A DNA stretch of 64,000 bases from Trichosphaerium sp. ATCC 40318 (Eukaryota; Protista; Tubulinea). This document shows, one piece after another, positions 48,639-61,579 of this stretch (position 1 is the stretch's first letter; each line of letters begins with the position of its first letter). The notes below the pieces were generated by a model. It ran no database searches. It was given only the letters and a program-made list of their open reading frames with translations, and was not told where the DNA came from. Location of the stretch: the NCBI GenBank assembly GCA_038496445.1, contig JALMLS010000478.1, positions 89,506-153,505 of the forward strand, given 5' to 3'. The position numbers were made by a program, and so were the translations under genes.

Positions 48639-51325
48639 CTAACCATCGTCACGAGTTGGTGTTGTTGTGATGAATCCACTGCCATTAAGCTTTGATGAGC
48701 TTGGTGGTATTGATTTCAATGTTAGCTCTGAACCTCGACTTGCTTTCTTATTATCAATAGAAGTTGTGCCTATCATATCAGATTGTCTAGATGATCCTCT
48801 ACCAATGCTATCAAATATAGCCTTGCCAATAGGCTGTAATAAAAATAATAAGCTTATGTTCATACCAAAACTAGCAATAGATACGTACACGCCATGATTC
48901 AATATGTAGATTGAGTGCAAAGAAAAAAACGATTCGGTTTAAAATTGTTGTTATCCAAACAAATATTGCAACAACAAAAGGAATCGGTTTCTTTAACAAA
49001 ATGTTAATATTGAATGATAATGCTAGGTAATACACGTACTATAAATGATTGACAGTCTTCCATGCCTCTTATCTCACAATCCAACGCTTTAAGTACACCC
49101 TGTCTCTGTGGTTCAACTTGACTTTTTGCTAAACAAAACATTTTAGAAAAAAACGTTTTGGTTTTTTTTTGGATTGGTAGAGCTACGTACTATGCCAAAA
49201 TGATATTAAAAATGGTATTACAGATAGTGCATATGATGCAGATATGATAACTGTTCTATAAAATACAAGACGTTGACGCTTATTCCGGAAAACTTTGGCT
49301 TTTTTAGCTTGCTAACAAAAATAGGTGTTAACAATTTGAACTTTTAAAACAAAAGGACTATGTGTACCATTCCTATCAGGTAAGCTAGTGTGATTAACAC
49401 GAAACATGCTATAACCCATACTACAAAATAAGGATAGAATCCTAAAGTTTCATAGAAAACAAAGTTGGCGTTCTCAAGATCAATTAAAATTGTTGGACTT
49501 AACAAAAAAAACAAGTTAGGATTCAACAGCAGTTGTAGTAGATTTTATACTTACCCTGGCGATAGGAGTGTAAACCCTAGCTTCCCTAGACATGCAGCAA
49601 TTATAGGAAATATAAGTGGTATTCCAAGACTTGTTGCATGGACCAAAATCTTGTGTTTCAAAGTAGACAGAGGTCTCAATTTAACATAAACATAAATAAG
49701 AGCCAACCCCATCCAAACAATGTAAATATCGGACGCCAGAGTGGCCCACAGATGTATAAATGCTATCAAATACGTCAGTAAAGAAATAAGGTACTATAAC
49801 AGTGAGATATACAAATACAAAAGTTATAATACGTGCCTACTATTGGGATGTAGACTGAGTTTTTCTGGCTATTTAGTTGAGTATTGGAGTGACAAGCATA
49901 GTTTCTATAGTCCCCGAAAAAAGTTGAAGCACATACTGGCAACAAGAATATAACTGTCACTAAACGTACAAGTAAATACTGGTAACTACCAGTTAATAAA
50001 TCAAAAAAGGTATGAGCGATAACGTACGTATGAGGTAAACATATTTTAGATTGTACGGAAACATGAATATCTGATCCTTAGAAGTAATGATCCAAGATGC
50101 CAAGGCTATAATAGATAACACCATCATAAGCCATGAAAGAGCAAGGTAAACAATCCATAAACGCTGAACCCATGCCTCTGGGTATTGAAAATCTGGGCAT
50201 TCAAATCTATTTGTAGAATCACGTGTTATTCACGTGTACATACTTATTTATGTTAATTGCTAATATGTATTCGTACTTGCATATTTTTCCGTCGTCTGAT
50301 GGTATGAGAGGACGTGGGCAGTATTCAAGGTTCTCAGCGCTTATTGTAGCAACATTGGTGCAATTGACGAAAAGACCAAGCCCAAAAAAGTTTTCATATC
50401 CAGTCTCTGGGTATGCCTCAAGATTCAACACAGCGTCTCTGAACGAGCAATTAGGTACTATTAAGTCAATCTCTATCTAAAATATCGTTTAATAATCATC
50501 AGATGTGTTTGTAGTCATTTCTTGCACATGAAGCGAAAAATTAAGAAGAATTCTTCATGTCAGAAATATTACACTATTGCTAACGTACCAGTGCAGGTAA
50601 ATCACTAGCACAAACATCCAAGAACTGTAGACAATCACTCTTACATACAGGAGTAGCTATTTCGAATGTGAATATAGAAGAGACCATTATAAACAAAAAA
50701 ACAAGTAAAGTTGTGCATTGGTGGGTTTTTTTTCTGCTAAAAAGATTATCATTCTCGCATCAACCGTACCCACAGGTAATGCAAATGCACCAATAGATCT
50801 ATTGTAACATGGTCTGAAAAAATCTTGACAGTAGAAAGACATTATAGCTCTTTTGCATTCAGGCTGCTTAACGATTGCGGTAGATCTACAATAAGATGAG
50901 GATCAATAAAACATGGTTTCTTGCGCCATAACCAAAAAAGGCGGAGTATTTGTCTCTTGTGTAACAATAATTGTTTCATCAAGTATGGTAGGCGAAAACG
51001 CGTTTTTTCGATGATAAATAGCGTCGTATCACGACGTAAAAAAAGAATGTCGTATATTGTCATCTAAAACGCCTTGCGTACGCTCTTACTGCTCCATTAG
51101 CATTTGTATATAGCTCTTGTGTCGTATTGAGTATGTTAAGGAAACCGTCACCATCCTTGATAAAATCTTCACATATCGATACAGAACCACCGTCATACAC
51201 TGCACACACTTAACATAGTAAAGTCAGACACTTATTTTTTTATACTTTAATGCACACGCACCTTGTGCGCGTATTTGTACTGAAACACAAGCTAAAATAA
51301 TACAGACAGTAAAGGCTGTATACAT
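48639..51325 (-). CDS. Frizzled/smoothened-like GPCR (Cys-rich ectodomain + 7TM)
   Basis: Signal peptide MYTAFTVCIILACVSVQIRA; Cys pattern PVCKSDCLQFLDVC and CPRPL..CKFECP; about seven hydrophobic helices (e.g. HATSLGIPLIFPII); Ser-rich tail. Confidence 0.72.
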
Positions 51326-51786
51326 AAGAGCAAAGCCACCAGTGTGAGTCGTGTGATACAAAATTAGGCGTTAAGTCATCCCTTTTGCGGAAATCTACTT
51401 GTTTTTGAATTCCGCCATTAACAAGATTGTCTATGTGCATACGTAGAAATACCACCTCTAGACGCCAGTGCTATGTAATAAACAATTCGTAAAAAAAGAG
51501 ACACAGTTCCGATTGCGTTATAACTAAGCCCTTAATCAAGGTTTACCCAGTCTATTTATAAATAGAGTTGGTACAACACAAAATAGAGGAATTAGAGGAA
51601 ACAAAAAAATTGCTTTTTTTTTTAACTTCCTTTATTTTTCTTTTTTGAGGGTTACAACAAACGTCTTTTATTACAAAAAGACTATTTTAAAAAACACCTA
51701 AACCAAATAATAATAATTAAAAAAAAACGCGTAGCTGATACTTGTTACTTGGGTATCCCTCTACGCGTTTTTCTTCTTGCACACTT

Positions 51787-53736
51787 TTAGTGCTTAGGTG
51801 CATACACCTTGATTGGTTTAGATCCAGTATGTCTGCCTCTGTACTTTTTCCTCAAACGCTTGTAGATACAACCGAATACAGACAAGAGAGAAATACATCC
51901 TAATAAACAACGGTTGGTTGTATGCTTTAACTACTGTTAACGTACCGATAATAAGAATAATAAATACGACAACTAACAATAACCAAGCTCTGTTTGTTGG
52001 TGCAGTAGGTATTGCTGCTGTAGGAGCTTCTGTAGGCGTCATAGGTGCGACAGGTGGATCTGTCGGTGCGGCCGTAGGAGCAACTGTTGGTGACTCAGTT
52101 GTTGGTGGTTCTGTTGTAGGTGCAGGTGTAGGTCGTTGATCTGACAATAAGGGTAAGCGATAGAAGACATCTAAGGACTCAAAACCGACAAGAGCTATCT
52201 GAACGTACCAATAGTACAATTTACACCAAGAGTACATGCTGTACCCCGCGAGCATCCAGTAGTAGTTGCGTTGTAGCAAAAGGTTTGACTTCCATTGAAT
52301 GCTACACAGAGTTAAACGAGTTACAAAAAAAAGTTCGAAAAAACAAATTTTGTTTATCATCATTCTAGTTACGTACATGCACATATTTGTTCACCAATGT
52401 CACATAGGACGCCATTAAAACACGATTGCGTAGTATTAAGGAAGCAGGTACCATTACCACCAACGCTTGCATCTAATTTGGGTGAGTTGATTACGTAACA
52501 CTAAAAATCTATTTGTTTTTTCAAAAAAAAGTGTACCTATGCAGAGCGCCTCTGTAGGTGCACAAGCTAAAGATCCTCCGTTACAACTATTCAAAGTAGC
52601 ATTATAACAGCCACCAGGAAACTCATCAGTGCCTAATAGAGGTCAGAAAGAAGATAAACGGCTTTAAAAAAGTGTACTTGGGCAAAAATCTTCTCCCACG
52701 TTACAAAACACTCCACTACCAAAACAAGTTTGTACAGATGGTTCGTAGCACTGTCCTAAGGTAGGGGAAGTAGGATCTCTGCAAAACTTCTCTGTGGTAG
52801 TGTTGCAAAGTGATCCAGTATCGCAAGATTGACTCTGGTGATCAAAACAACCACCAGTGAAATTAGCAGGCTCAGCAACATCAGCTAATAGGGCGTTAGG
52901 CAAACAATATGTTATTGTAACATAAACGTACGAGGGCAGTATGACGAGTTGACTCCCTCACAAATGACCGGATCTGCTACAGTTCCTACGAAATTACATG
53001 TCTGGGTGCTTGTTTGGTAACATATAGGATCTGCTCCATTACCATCTAAAAGGTTTTTTATTAATCATGATGCGCTATCGTTATTTTAGATGCACGTACT
53101 CTCACATATTGCAGAATCCAATCCAGCACAAATAGTTCCATCAAGACACAAGTGAGTGTTAGTATCATAGCATCCACCAGGCGCATTTGCAGCTAATAAA
53201 ATATAACAAATAATCCAAAAAAAAACAAAAAAAAAGACGTACATGAAAAAGGGCAAAATTCGCTGGAAAGTCCGTCACATACAACACCATTCAAGCAACG
53301 AGCTTCGGCCGGTCGTAACACAAATTACCTCACCATGCACGCCCGCCTCGCAAAACTCGCTTGTGACACAAATTGAAAAATTGCTGTCACAACGAACAGC
53401 ATCTGGCTCAAACTCGTAACAAAAGAACTCGCCAGCTGGGGCTGGATTGCCTGCAGTGGTTGTGCGAAACTACAAGTGGTTACAACAAAATAAAAGCAAA
53501 CAACACGTACTGCAACATTCTCACAGCGAAGGGTTCGTTGCGTGACACTTAATAGGGCCAGGATCCAAAGGCCTTTACATGCAGTGTCACCAAAAATGTG
53601 CATGATGTTTGTGAGTAATAGCCCTGAAAAGAAAACAACCAAGAAGTAGAAGGATAGACAACACTCTTTAAGAAAGTGAGCAAACTAACCAAAAAAAAAA
53701 AGGGTGTTTACGGAAAAGCAAATGTATGCTTCTCAT
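51787..53736 (-). CDS. Type I membrane protein with tandem Cys-rich repeats and Pro/Thr stalk
   Basis: Repeated CY/F-x5-C-x3-5-C-x5-6-C units, PTPAPTTEPPT stalk, TM WLLLVVVFIILII, basic tail. Start codon and 5' exons uncertain. Confidence 0.65.
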
Positions 53737-54296
53737 GGCAATAAATAGTACAGCAACGATGAACAACAAAAAAAAAGGGTACCTTTGTTCCATTGTAGTA
53801 ATAGTGCCTCAATTGTCTTAGGTGATGTCGTGAGTAAGAGCTTGCGCGATCACTATTTTGTTTTGTCGTAATGGTGGTTTTACTGTAGTAAACTGCGAAG
53901 GATTTTTGTTTAGTTTTAAACACTCCGATCACAATAGAGGAGTCGATTGCAAATACATTGCGGTACATCTTGGATGTACGTGCTGAATTAGGCAACAAGT
54001 GTTTGCGTGCTTTCTACGCTCGAAACAATGCTAGCGCCACTAGTATGATAACAAAGTAGGAATAAAACAGCATTGGCGCAATCTTCAAAAAAAAGGAGTA
54101 AAGCTTTTACAATAATCTATTACCGATGCAGTACAAGTAGTACATGTAAAGTGCTACAAAATTTGTTATAGTTAACACCAACTGTTGTCGAGTTCAAGTG
54201 CAATAGGCAACTACCGAACCAAAAAATGTCACAAAGTACAAGTAAACCGTTATTATTAAACCGCCAAACACAAACACACGAGCCCTTAAAAAGACT

Positions 54297-55404
54297 TTAC
54301 TCTGAAAACTCTTCTTCTTCCTCGAGAGGCATCTCATTGTACTCGTCTACAGCGTCCAAGTCCTCGAAATCTTCATCACCGTCTTCTTCCATAGCATCAC
54401 CAGGTTCCCAATCGTCGTCTACGCGAACCTTTTTTCTGCTCTTACGTGGAGGCTTGAAGAAGCCAGGATCGATCATCTCGATTTCCAAGTTATCTTGGTC
54501 GATATCTTCGTTGTCGATCATATCCCAACCTTTTGAGAGCGCAGCGATTACAGGGAAGTAATCTCTAGGGATGTGGTCGAGTTCTTCTGGAACAAAGTAT
54601 CCGTGCTCGCCACGGGTTTTGTTTAAGAAAATACCATCAGCGCCATCGTTATCTGCAATGTAGAGGCCAGAACCACTATGCGTAGAAGATAAGAAAAGGA
54701 GTGCTAGAAGGACGGAATTTCAAAAAAGAAAACTGAAAAAAAAAAAAATTTATCGCTTTTTTGGTCGTTCGGTTTTTAGTTGTGCCGGTAAGAAAATCTC
54801 TTGGAACTGGACAAAAAAAAAAGTTTTGGGTTTTTTTTACATGTGGTGTGCTAATAATCGCAAAAAAGGTAAAATTGCTCCTCAGTAGGAGTGGTGCACC
54901 TCTACGCATTGTTTTTGGATCGCAGAATTCGCTACGAAAAAACGAAAAAAAAAACTATCTCGCTACGCACCGATACTCGCTAAAGTTAACCAAATCGCCA
55001 TACTTGATTTTTCCAAGGTCGCTGGCGTGTGATGGGAAGGTATCGATTAAATATTTCAAGCGCAGGTGCATTGAAAATGCGTTCATCTCCTCGAGTGCCT
55101 GTGCCATAGCAGAGTTGCAAAATTCGAATACTTTGGCCTTTCCTTCTTCTCTAAGGGGTGGGTTTTCTTCAACTATTGGCTCTGGAGCTGGTGCTGGTTC
55201 TGGTGCCTCGGTTGGTGCTGGTGTGACTGGTGTGATGGCCTCAGTAGCCGTAGTTGTAGGTACTGAAGGAGTTTCAGAAGCAACAGGCGTAACCTCCTTT
55301 GGTTCTTCTTTGGCAATTGGTGCGTCCTCGACCTTTTGCTTTTTAGTTTCTGGTTCGGTTGGGCTTGGTTCGCCTTCCTCTCTTTCACGTTTTTTGTCCG
55401 ACAT
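54297..55404 (-). CDS. Hypothetical protein with Pro/Glu-rich N-terminus, central globular domain and acidic tail (2 exons)
   Basis: Intron GTGCGT..TAG (~54676-54969) joins ..GDLVNFSEYR to GSGLYIADND..GEHGYFVP in frame. Basic NLS-like motifs (KKRER, KKQK, RKSRKK). Confidence 0.75.
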
Positions 55405-57261
55405 GCTCTAATACCACTCGTGTGAGTTCGCAAAACGACTGTTGATTGGTTTTAGGGAAAAAGAAAGTAAATTTTGAAAAAAGTGTGCAGTGCTGGGTTC
55501 ATCGTCGCTTTGCCGTACCTGAAATGTTATAGATCTAAAGATGTAAGGTGCGTATCGCTGTTGGGGGTAGCAAAAGAGCTGATGCTTTTGATTAAAGCGA
55601 TAAGTGCGGAAATTATCCAAAGAGTCTCAAGTACGAAAAAAATAACCGTTAAGTCCAACAAAAACTCTAAAATGTAACGGTAGTATCATGGCTCCTTTCG
55701 ATTTGTTACCGGAATGCTTTAAAACAGTGATTAATGGTCGTCTTAACACTAAACACGTTTATGAGGGCTTCACGTCTAGAGAGGTGTGGAAAGAAGGTAG
55801 GATAAGTGGTAAGAAAGCGATTGAGGAGCGTTTCGTTTTTGGTTATTTCAAATTTGTGCAGTTTTTTTCTATAATCGTCTACAGTAACGTGTTAAGGCCA
55901 TGGGTGAATACTGGAGGAAACGGACCACTTCATCAATTCAAAAAAGGCATAAAACAATTTATGACGCTCAAACTTCAGCAATCATCAAAGCACGTTATTT
56001 TAGAGCCTCGTTTTTAAAAAAAATTCTTTGTTCGTTGGTTTTCTGGACTTTTTTCGCTGTTTGAATTCTCCTATCTACAAATTCTTCTATTGAGCTTTTG
56101 AGACGTTTTTAAACGTTTGTGGTTTGATAAACTTTTTTAACCAAACAGAAGGCTTTTATGTACACTCTGAAAATGATTTATTACTTCTACGCCGGCGTAT
56201 TAATACGTCCAGCTAAAACCTTCTGCTGGCAAGTTTTTGTTTTCACAATTTCTTTTTTTTTTCAAGAGTACGCATAACAAGAATACAACCCGCGCTAAGT
56301 ACGCTCTTTTGGTATCTTTCTACGTCGGCGTTTTTTTTTTAATGCCAATTGCTTCCCAAATCTCCCCGTAGTACTTCTTTTATGGGTTATTTACGCTGAA
56401 ATACGCTTGCTTTGATCCTATGTAGACAACCATGTAGAGTGAGATTTGTCTTGTTCTTCTCCATTGACGTGTGATATAATTGGTGATTTAACGTAGTTTA
56501 CGCGTATTTTGGAGCGTTCGTATGTCTAGCGTCATTTTACAAAGATATCACTACTAGGATGTGTATCTTCCTCCCGGTTCATCTTGTAGAACGCCGGAGG
56601 AATAACAGCGCATTAGAGCACTTTTTCGTGAAGAAGAAAATTGTTGGTGGCACCTCACAACACGTAAATATCTGGCACGTACGAGTTGAATAAAAAGCAA
56701 TTTCTAGATAGTATTGTAGTTTACAGCTCTTGAAGAAACCGTCCAACAAATTGTAGAGGTTTTTTTCTTCAGAGACCTTACACGGTTTCGTATGACACTA
56801 CAGTCAATGGGGGAAAGCTTGGGTCATCTTCTAGGCAATTAATACAATTGTAAAGCATGATCTTGGTTACTTGTAGGACGCGTAGCTGTGTTGCGCATCC
56901 CGTTACCTTATTGAAAAACTATTTCAGAATATCGTCGTATGACGATTGAATGGATTCCTTTGACTGTTGTCTTTAGACATAGCTTACTCTTTTATATTGT
57001 AGACAATGTTGTAGAAGCAAAAGCTTCAACAGTGGTATTAAGGTACCCCTGACGAAGCGGTAGCTACTCTGTTCTGTGGATTGTTGACAGCGAAGCAAAC
57101 GTAAATTTATACGAATACAGCACAATAAGATCCATACCGCAGAACATTATTGAACTTTTGCCAAGTCTCAGACCTTTTGTCATGTGGCCATCTAAAGAAG
57201 AACCCACTTCACTTTATTTCTGAATCAGATGTAGGTAATATTAATTATAATTATAATAATC

Positions 57262-58075
57262 GTAGCATTTAACGAGTTAACAGTGCTATTCTCTCTTCAT
57301 TTAATAATGCCAATTCCTTTGTTGATCGTTTACTAAAAACAATGTATGTGAATATTCACAAGTGGAAAGTTATCGTTTTTTTTCTCTACCTTGATACACA
57401 TGGAGGTATGAAACCTGGATAGAATAAAGGAATATGTCTGCTTATTGGAAATGTAGTATATGGTGTTTGAGTGCCTACAGTTTTGAGTAAAACAGTGAGG
57501 CCAAACAACAACTTGAAGAAAACAGCAAAAAGAGAAGGTTTTGGTACCTGTTGTTTTATCAATTGCTATCGAATCTCGTGTTCCAATGGTATCACTCCTT
57601 ACTGCTAAAATTCTATCACTATCAAGCCCTGTTAGAAAGTAAATCGCGTTAATAGGAGAACCCAAATCAGTGAATGACGAAGGTTCAAGAGCACAGTTGT
57701 CTGAAGGAGGAGAAAGCAATGTTGAGGTTTCAATTGTTTGAAACACAGTATTACTTCTATCGGTAACAGCTATAGTAGTTGTTTCACCATCAACCACCAC
57801 TACGACCAAAACAAGGTTAACACAAACCCAAGAAACCTTTTTTTTTGACGTACATCCAAAAATTTGATCGAAACTGTTAGTTAATGTACATGAGTATATT
57901 ACAGATACACAGTTATTCGTGTTTGTCACATCAAGTTTGTATGTTCTTAATGCCCCAAGAAAAATAGCAATGAACGTTGTATCATCAATAAACTGACCTC
58001 CAATACCAAGAAATATATCTGAGAATTCGCCAGTGCATATTAATGTGTTGTCAATTGATTTAACTATTACTTTTA
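57262..58075 (-). pseudogene. Inverted partial paralogue of the 60420-61579 gene (3' two-thirds)
   Basis: KVIVKSIDNTLICTGEF..TNTNNCVS..VVVDGETTT..SIAIDKTTG shared, with the same intron positions. 5' part is replaced by unrelated sequence; a + strand fragment of exon 1 sits at ~58437-58506. Confidence 0.7.
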
Positions 58076-58828
58076 GTACGTTGTAGCGAAACAACCAGCA
58101 ACAAGTATGCCTGTAAATAAGAATATTAGTGTGACAAAAAAAAAAAAAAAAGTGAAACTTGTACTTACCACAAAATCCGGCTAGAATAGGCGTAGCTGGT
58201 CCTTTATTTAACGGTGACTTCATCATCATTGCTACTGTGATAGGTACTACAGGTATCAAAGTACCACAGGCAATACCAGCTGCGGCTTGATGACCTAAGA
58301 CGCGATTACAAAAACAATCGCAAAACGAAAAAAAAAAAACCGTTGTTATTTTGCTGTACCTTCTGGTAGACTAGCAACAGCATCTGCCACTGTATTCCAC
58401 TAGATTCAAGCATTGCAAAAAGAATCATTGAGCCACCAAATCTCTCCCGGATATGTTTATGGTGGCTTCATCATTATCTGGTCCTGATTTCATACAGACT
58501 TAGAGTGTAGCCACTTGACTTGCTTCACAAGTGGTTGTACTGATGCAATTATTGTAGCAGTTGTACTGAGTGAATTGCACATTGTCAACAAGAGTTTGTC
58601 AGAGCTTAGGTTGCACTTAAACTTCTTATACACAAAGTCTAAGTGTTGTGGAGTGTATCACTACGCTACAGGACTTATATACGCACTCTATTTAGAGTAT
58701 GGTGGAACCTTACACGATATAAGCTGTAGCACCTTTAGCCACAGCTGACAAACAACTTAACGGCCGTAACTTAGTTCTATTCATTGAACTTCACTTTAGT
58801 GTTCTTATGCAAAGTGTTAAGACGTAAC

Positions 58829-59648
58829 ATGTCGATGAATGCACGGGAAGCAGCTGTGTACCAAGCGAGTATTGCTGAACAGGTAAACGTCTTTTTAAAC
58901 AGATTTACGATTATAACTCATTTTAATTTCAGTCAGAGCAGTATGAGGATATGGTAGAAGCGGTGGAAACACTTGTAGCCTTAGTAAAAGAAGATAGAAA
59001 GAAATTATCTGAAAACGAGAGAAATCTCGTTTCCGTTGCGTTTTCCAATGTTATAGCAACATTGAGGGCATCTTACCGCACAATTTTCGTTTAGAGCAGT
59101 TACGCTTTTTGTTAACCAACCCTCAATGTAATGTGGTTCTTAGGCTGGCAGATGAATCGACTGTGTATGTAGTAACAGCATACAGAAAGAAACTTGAATT
59201 TGAAATCATAGAAGCAAGCAAACGTGCCATAAAAGTATATGACACTATTCTTTCAATTAAATATCTGTACAGTCTTTACAGCGAAACTAAGTTTATCTAC
59301 ACATCCATTAAAAACAAATACTATGGATATATCATTGAGGCTTCATATGGTGATGATAGAGAGGAGTATACACAACAATCTATCCAAGTATTACAAGACA
59401 TTTATGATTGTATTTCAGAGTTGTATCCATGTTGTCCTCCTGTTCTTTCTTTTCTTTTGGCACAAAGCAGGAAACAATATGATCTTGGAAATAAGAATGA
59501 AGCTATTGAAATGGCACAGAAGGCTTTTGATGATGGTGTAAGTAACATTGATAGAGTAGATGAAGATACATATAAAGAAGCAACCTTAATTCTTCAATGG
59601 CTACGGGACAACATTGCTGAATGGAAAGCTGCTAATGACTTGACTTAG
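58829..59648 (+). CDS. Divergent 14-3-3-like protein
   Basis: IAEQ|SEQYEDMV, LSENERNLVSVAFSNVI, AQKAFDDG..DEDTYKEATLILQWLRDNIAEW. Two introns; needs one extra T near 59085 to stay in frame. Confidence 0.85.
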
Positions 59649-60419
59649 AAGTTTGGTTATTTGTATATCTATAATAAAAAAGAATGAACCTGACAGATAA
59701 TACCTTTTGTAGCTGAAGTCAACAAACATTTTAGGACAAAGCGCGACATGTCAAGGTTTGTTAAAATTTCTCTTGTTATATTAGTTATGCCACAAACATG
59801 TACTTCTTGGAGAGATTGCGGGTTTCGTAAAGCAATGCCTCAGAGTGACGTGAAATTTCCTGAGATTTTCGTAAAAAATTTGAATTCGGGCTCATTTGAA
59901 GGCGGTTAGTCAGTTACTAATTTTGGTAGCAGGCTAAGCTAGGCTGGACAACTACTATGTACATTATATTCATACTAAGCGGATACTATACATATGTTGT
60001 ATTCTCTTGTATTGAACAAGACAGTAAATAACAACAACTAGCAAAAAACGTGGCAATGATCTAGAACCTTGACTACTGGTACGGAGTTATCTTTTTGTGC
60101 ATCCACACAACGAGGACAACTTCCGGTTCAGTTTACAAGGTGGAGAGTGTACGATTGAGAAGTTCGTGGATAACCGTGATTTTGTAGTAAAATACTAAAA
60201 ACTAAACAAACTTAAGTTTAATAAACTACAACGAGGTTATGACAAGAATAATAGCAAACGAATAATAGGCGGCTATGACGTTTTGCTAGTGATTAATCTG
60301 CTTCCGTGATATCAAGTGCTTTTTTTATCACTTAAGCAAACACAATTGTTTTGAAACCAATCACATTACACCTCTTGTTACATCACAGCGTCTCTTATTA
60401 CATAAATACCTTTGATCAC

Positions 60420-61579
60420 ATGCATTTTACATCTGTACTGGTGTTATTGGCCTTAATTATATGTATTTCTTGTCGCGAAATATCTCCTGGATATATTTAT
60501 GGTGTTGCTTCACCAACAGGTCCTGAAAATGTTGAATTATTTTATACAGACTTAGAGCTTAACAATGGTAAAATTACTCTTACGACCTTGTTTCATACTC
60601 ATATATTACAGCTCCTACTCCTTTGGGCGTGACTGCTACGTTTGATACTCCAGACACACAATTTCCAATCATAAGTAAGCCAATTTTTTGATGTGCTGTT
60701 TTTACAGGCTGATGACACTTTCTAGTACCTTCATTAGATGGCTCAATGATTCTCATGTCGAAGTCAGAAACCGATGGCACACGAAAAGTAATAGTTAAAT
60801 CAATTGACAACACCTTAATATGCACTGGCGAATTCCCAGAATTTGTTGTTGCTGGTCAATTTATCGATGAAACAACAATCATTGCTTTGTCTTCTACATT
60901 TACAACAGTGCAAACATACAAACTTGATATAACAAATACAAACAACTGCGTATCTAGAATATATTCATGTGCATTTAGGAACAGTTTTGGTGTTGATTTT
61001 CTCGGGTGTACGTTTGTTACCAATATTTTCGTTCTTCTTTTTTTCTTAATAGTATTGCTAACTTTTTCGCCCATAGTGGTAGTTGATGGTGAAACTACAA
61101 CATTGGCTACATCTGAACGAGCATTTACTTTAATTCGTACTATTGATACATCAGCTTTTTTTGTTCCAGGACCTTGTACTATTGAGAGTACATCGTTTAA
61201 TTTTGTTACTTCTATTTATGGTACTTATGTACTAACAAAGCTTGATGATACTAGAAATATTGGTATCAAAATAGTATCACAACCACCACGAATGTCAATA
61301 GCAATTGATAAAACAACAGGCACTTATCTTCTCTTCAATCGTTTATTGTTTATTATTTTTGGGCTTACATGATTTGTAGGCACTCAAACACCTTATGGTA
61401 CATTTCCATTGACCCTTGGTTTGCCTACGTTCTATCCTGGTTTCATAGCTACATGTGTATCAAGGTTACAAAGAAAAACTATCCACTTGTGATTCCTCAC
61501 TTACCTTGTTTTTAGCAAACGATCAGTAATGGCATTGGCATCATTAACTAAAGAGAGAATAGCACTGTTAACTCGTTAA
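60420..61579 (+). CDS. Secreted beta-rich protein of unknown function
   Basis: Signal peptide MHFTSVLVLLALIICISC, multiple exons, homology to the inverted copy at 57262-58075. One-base frameshift near 60720. Confidence 0.6.

Noticed and set aside
55688-57250. Coding-like fragments here and at ~3780-4350 and ~26640-27300
   Set aside because: No consistent spliced frame or motif could be built.
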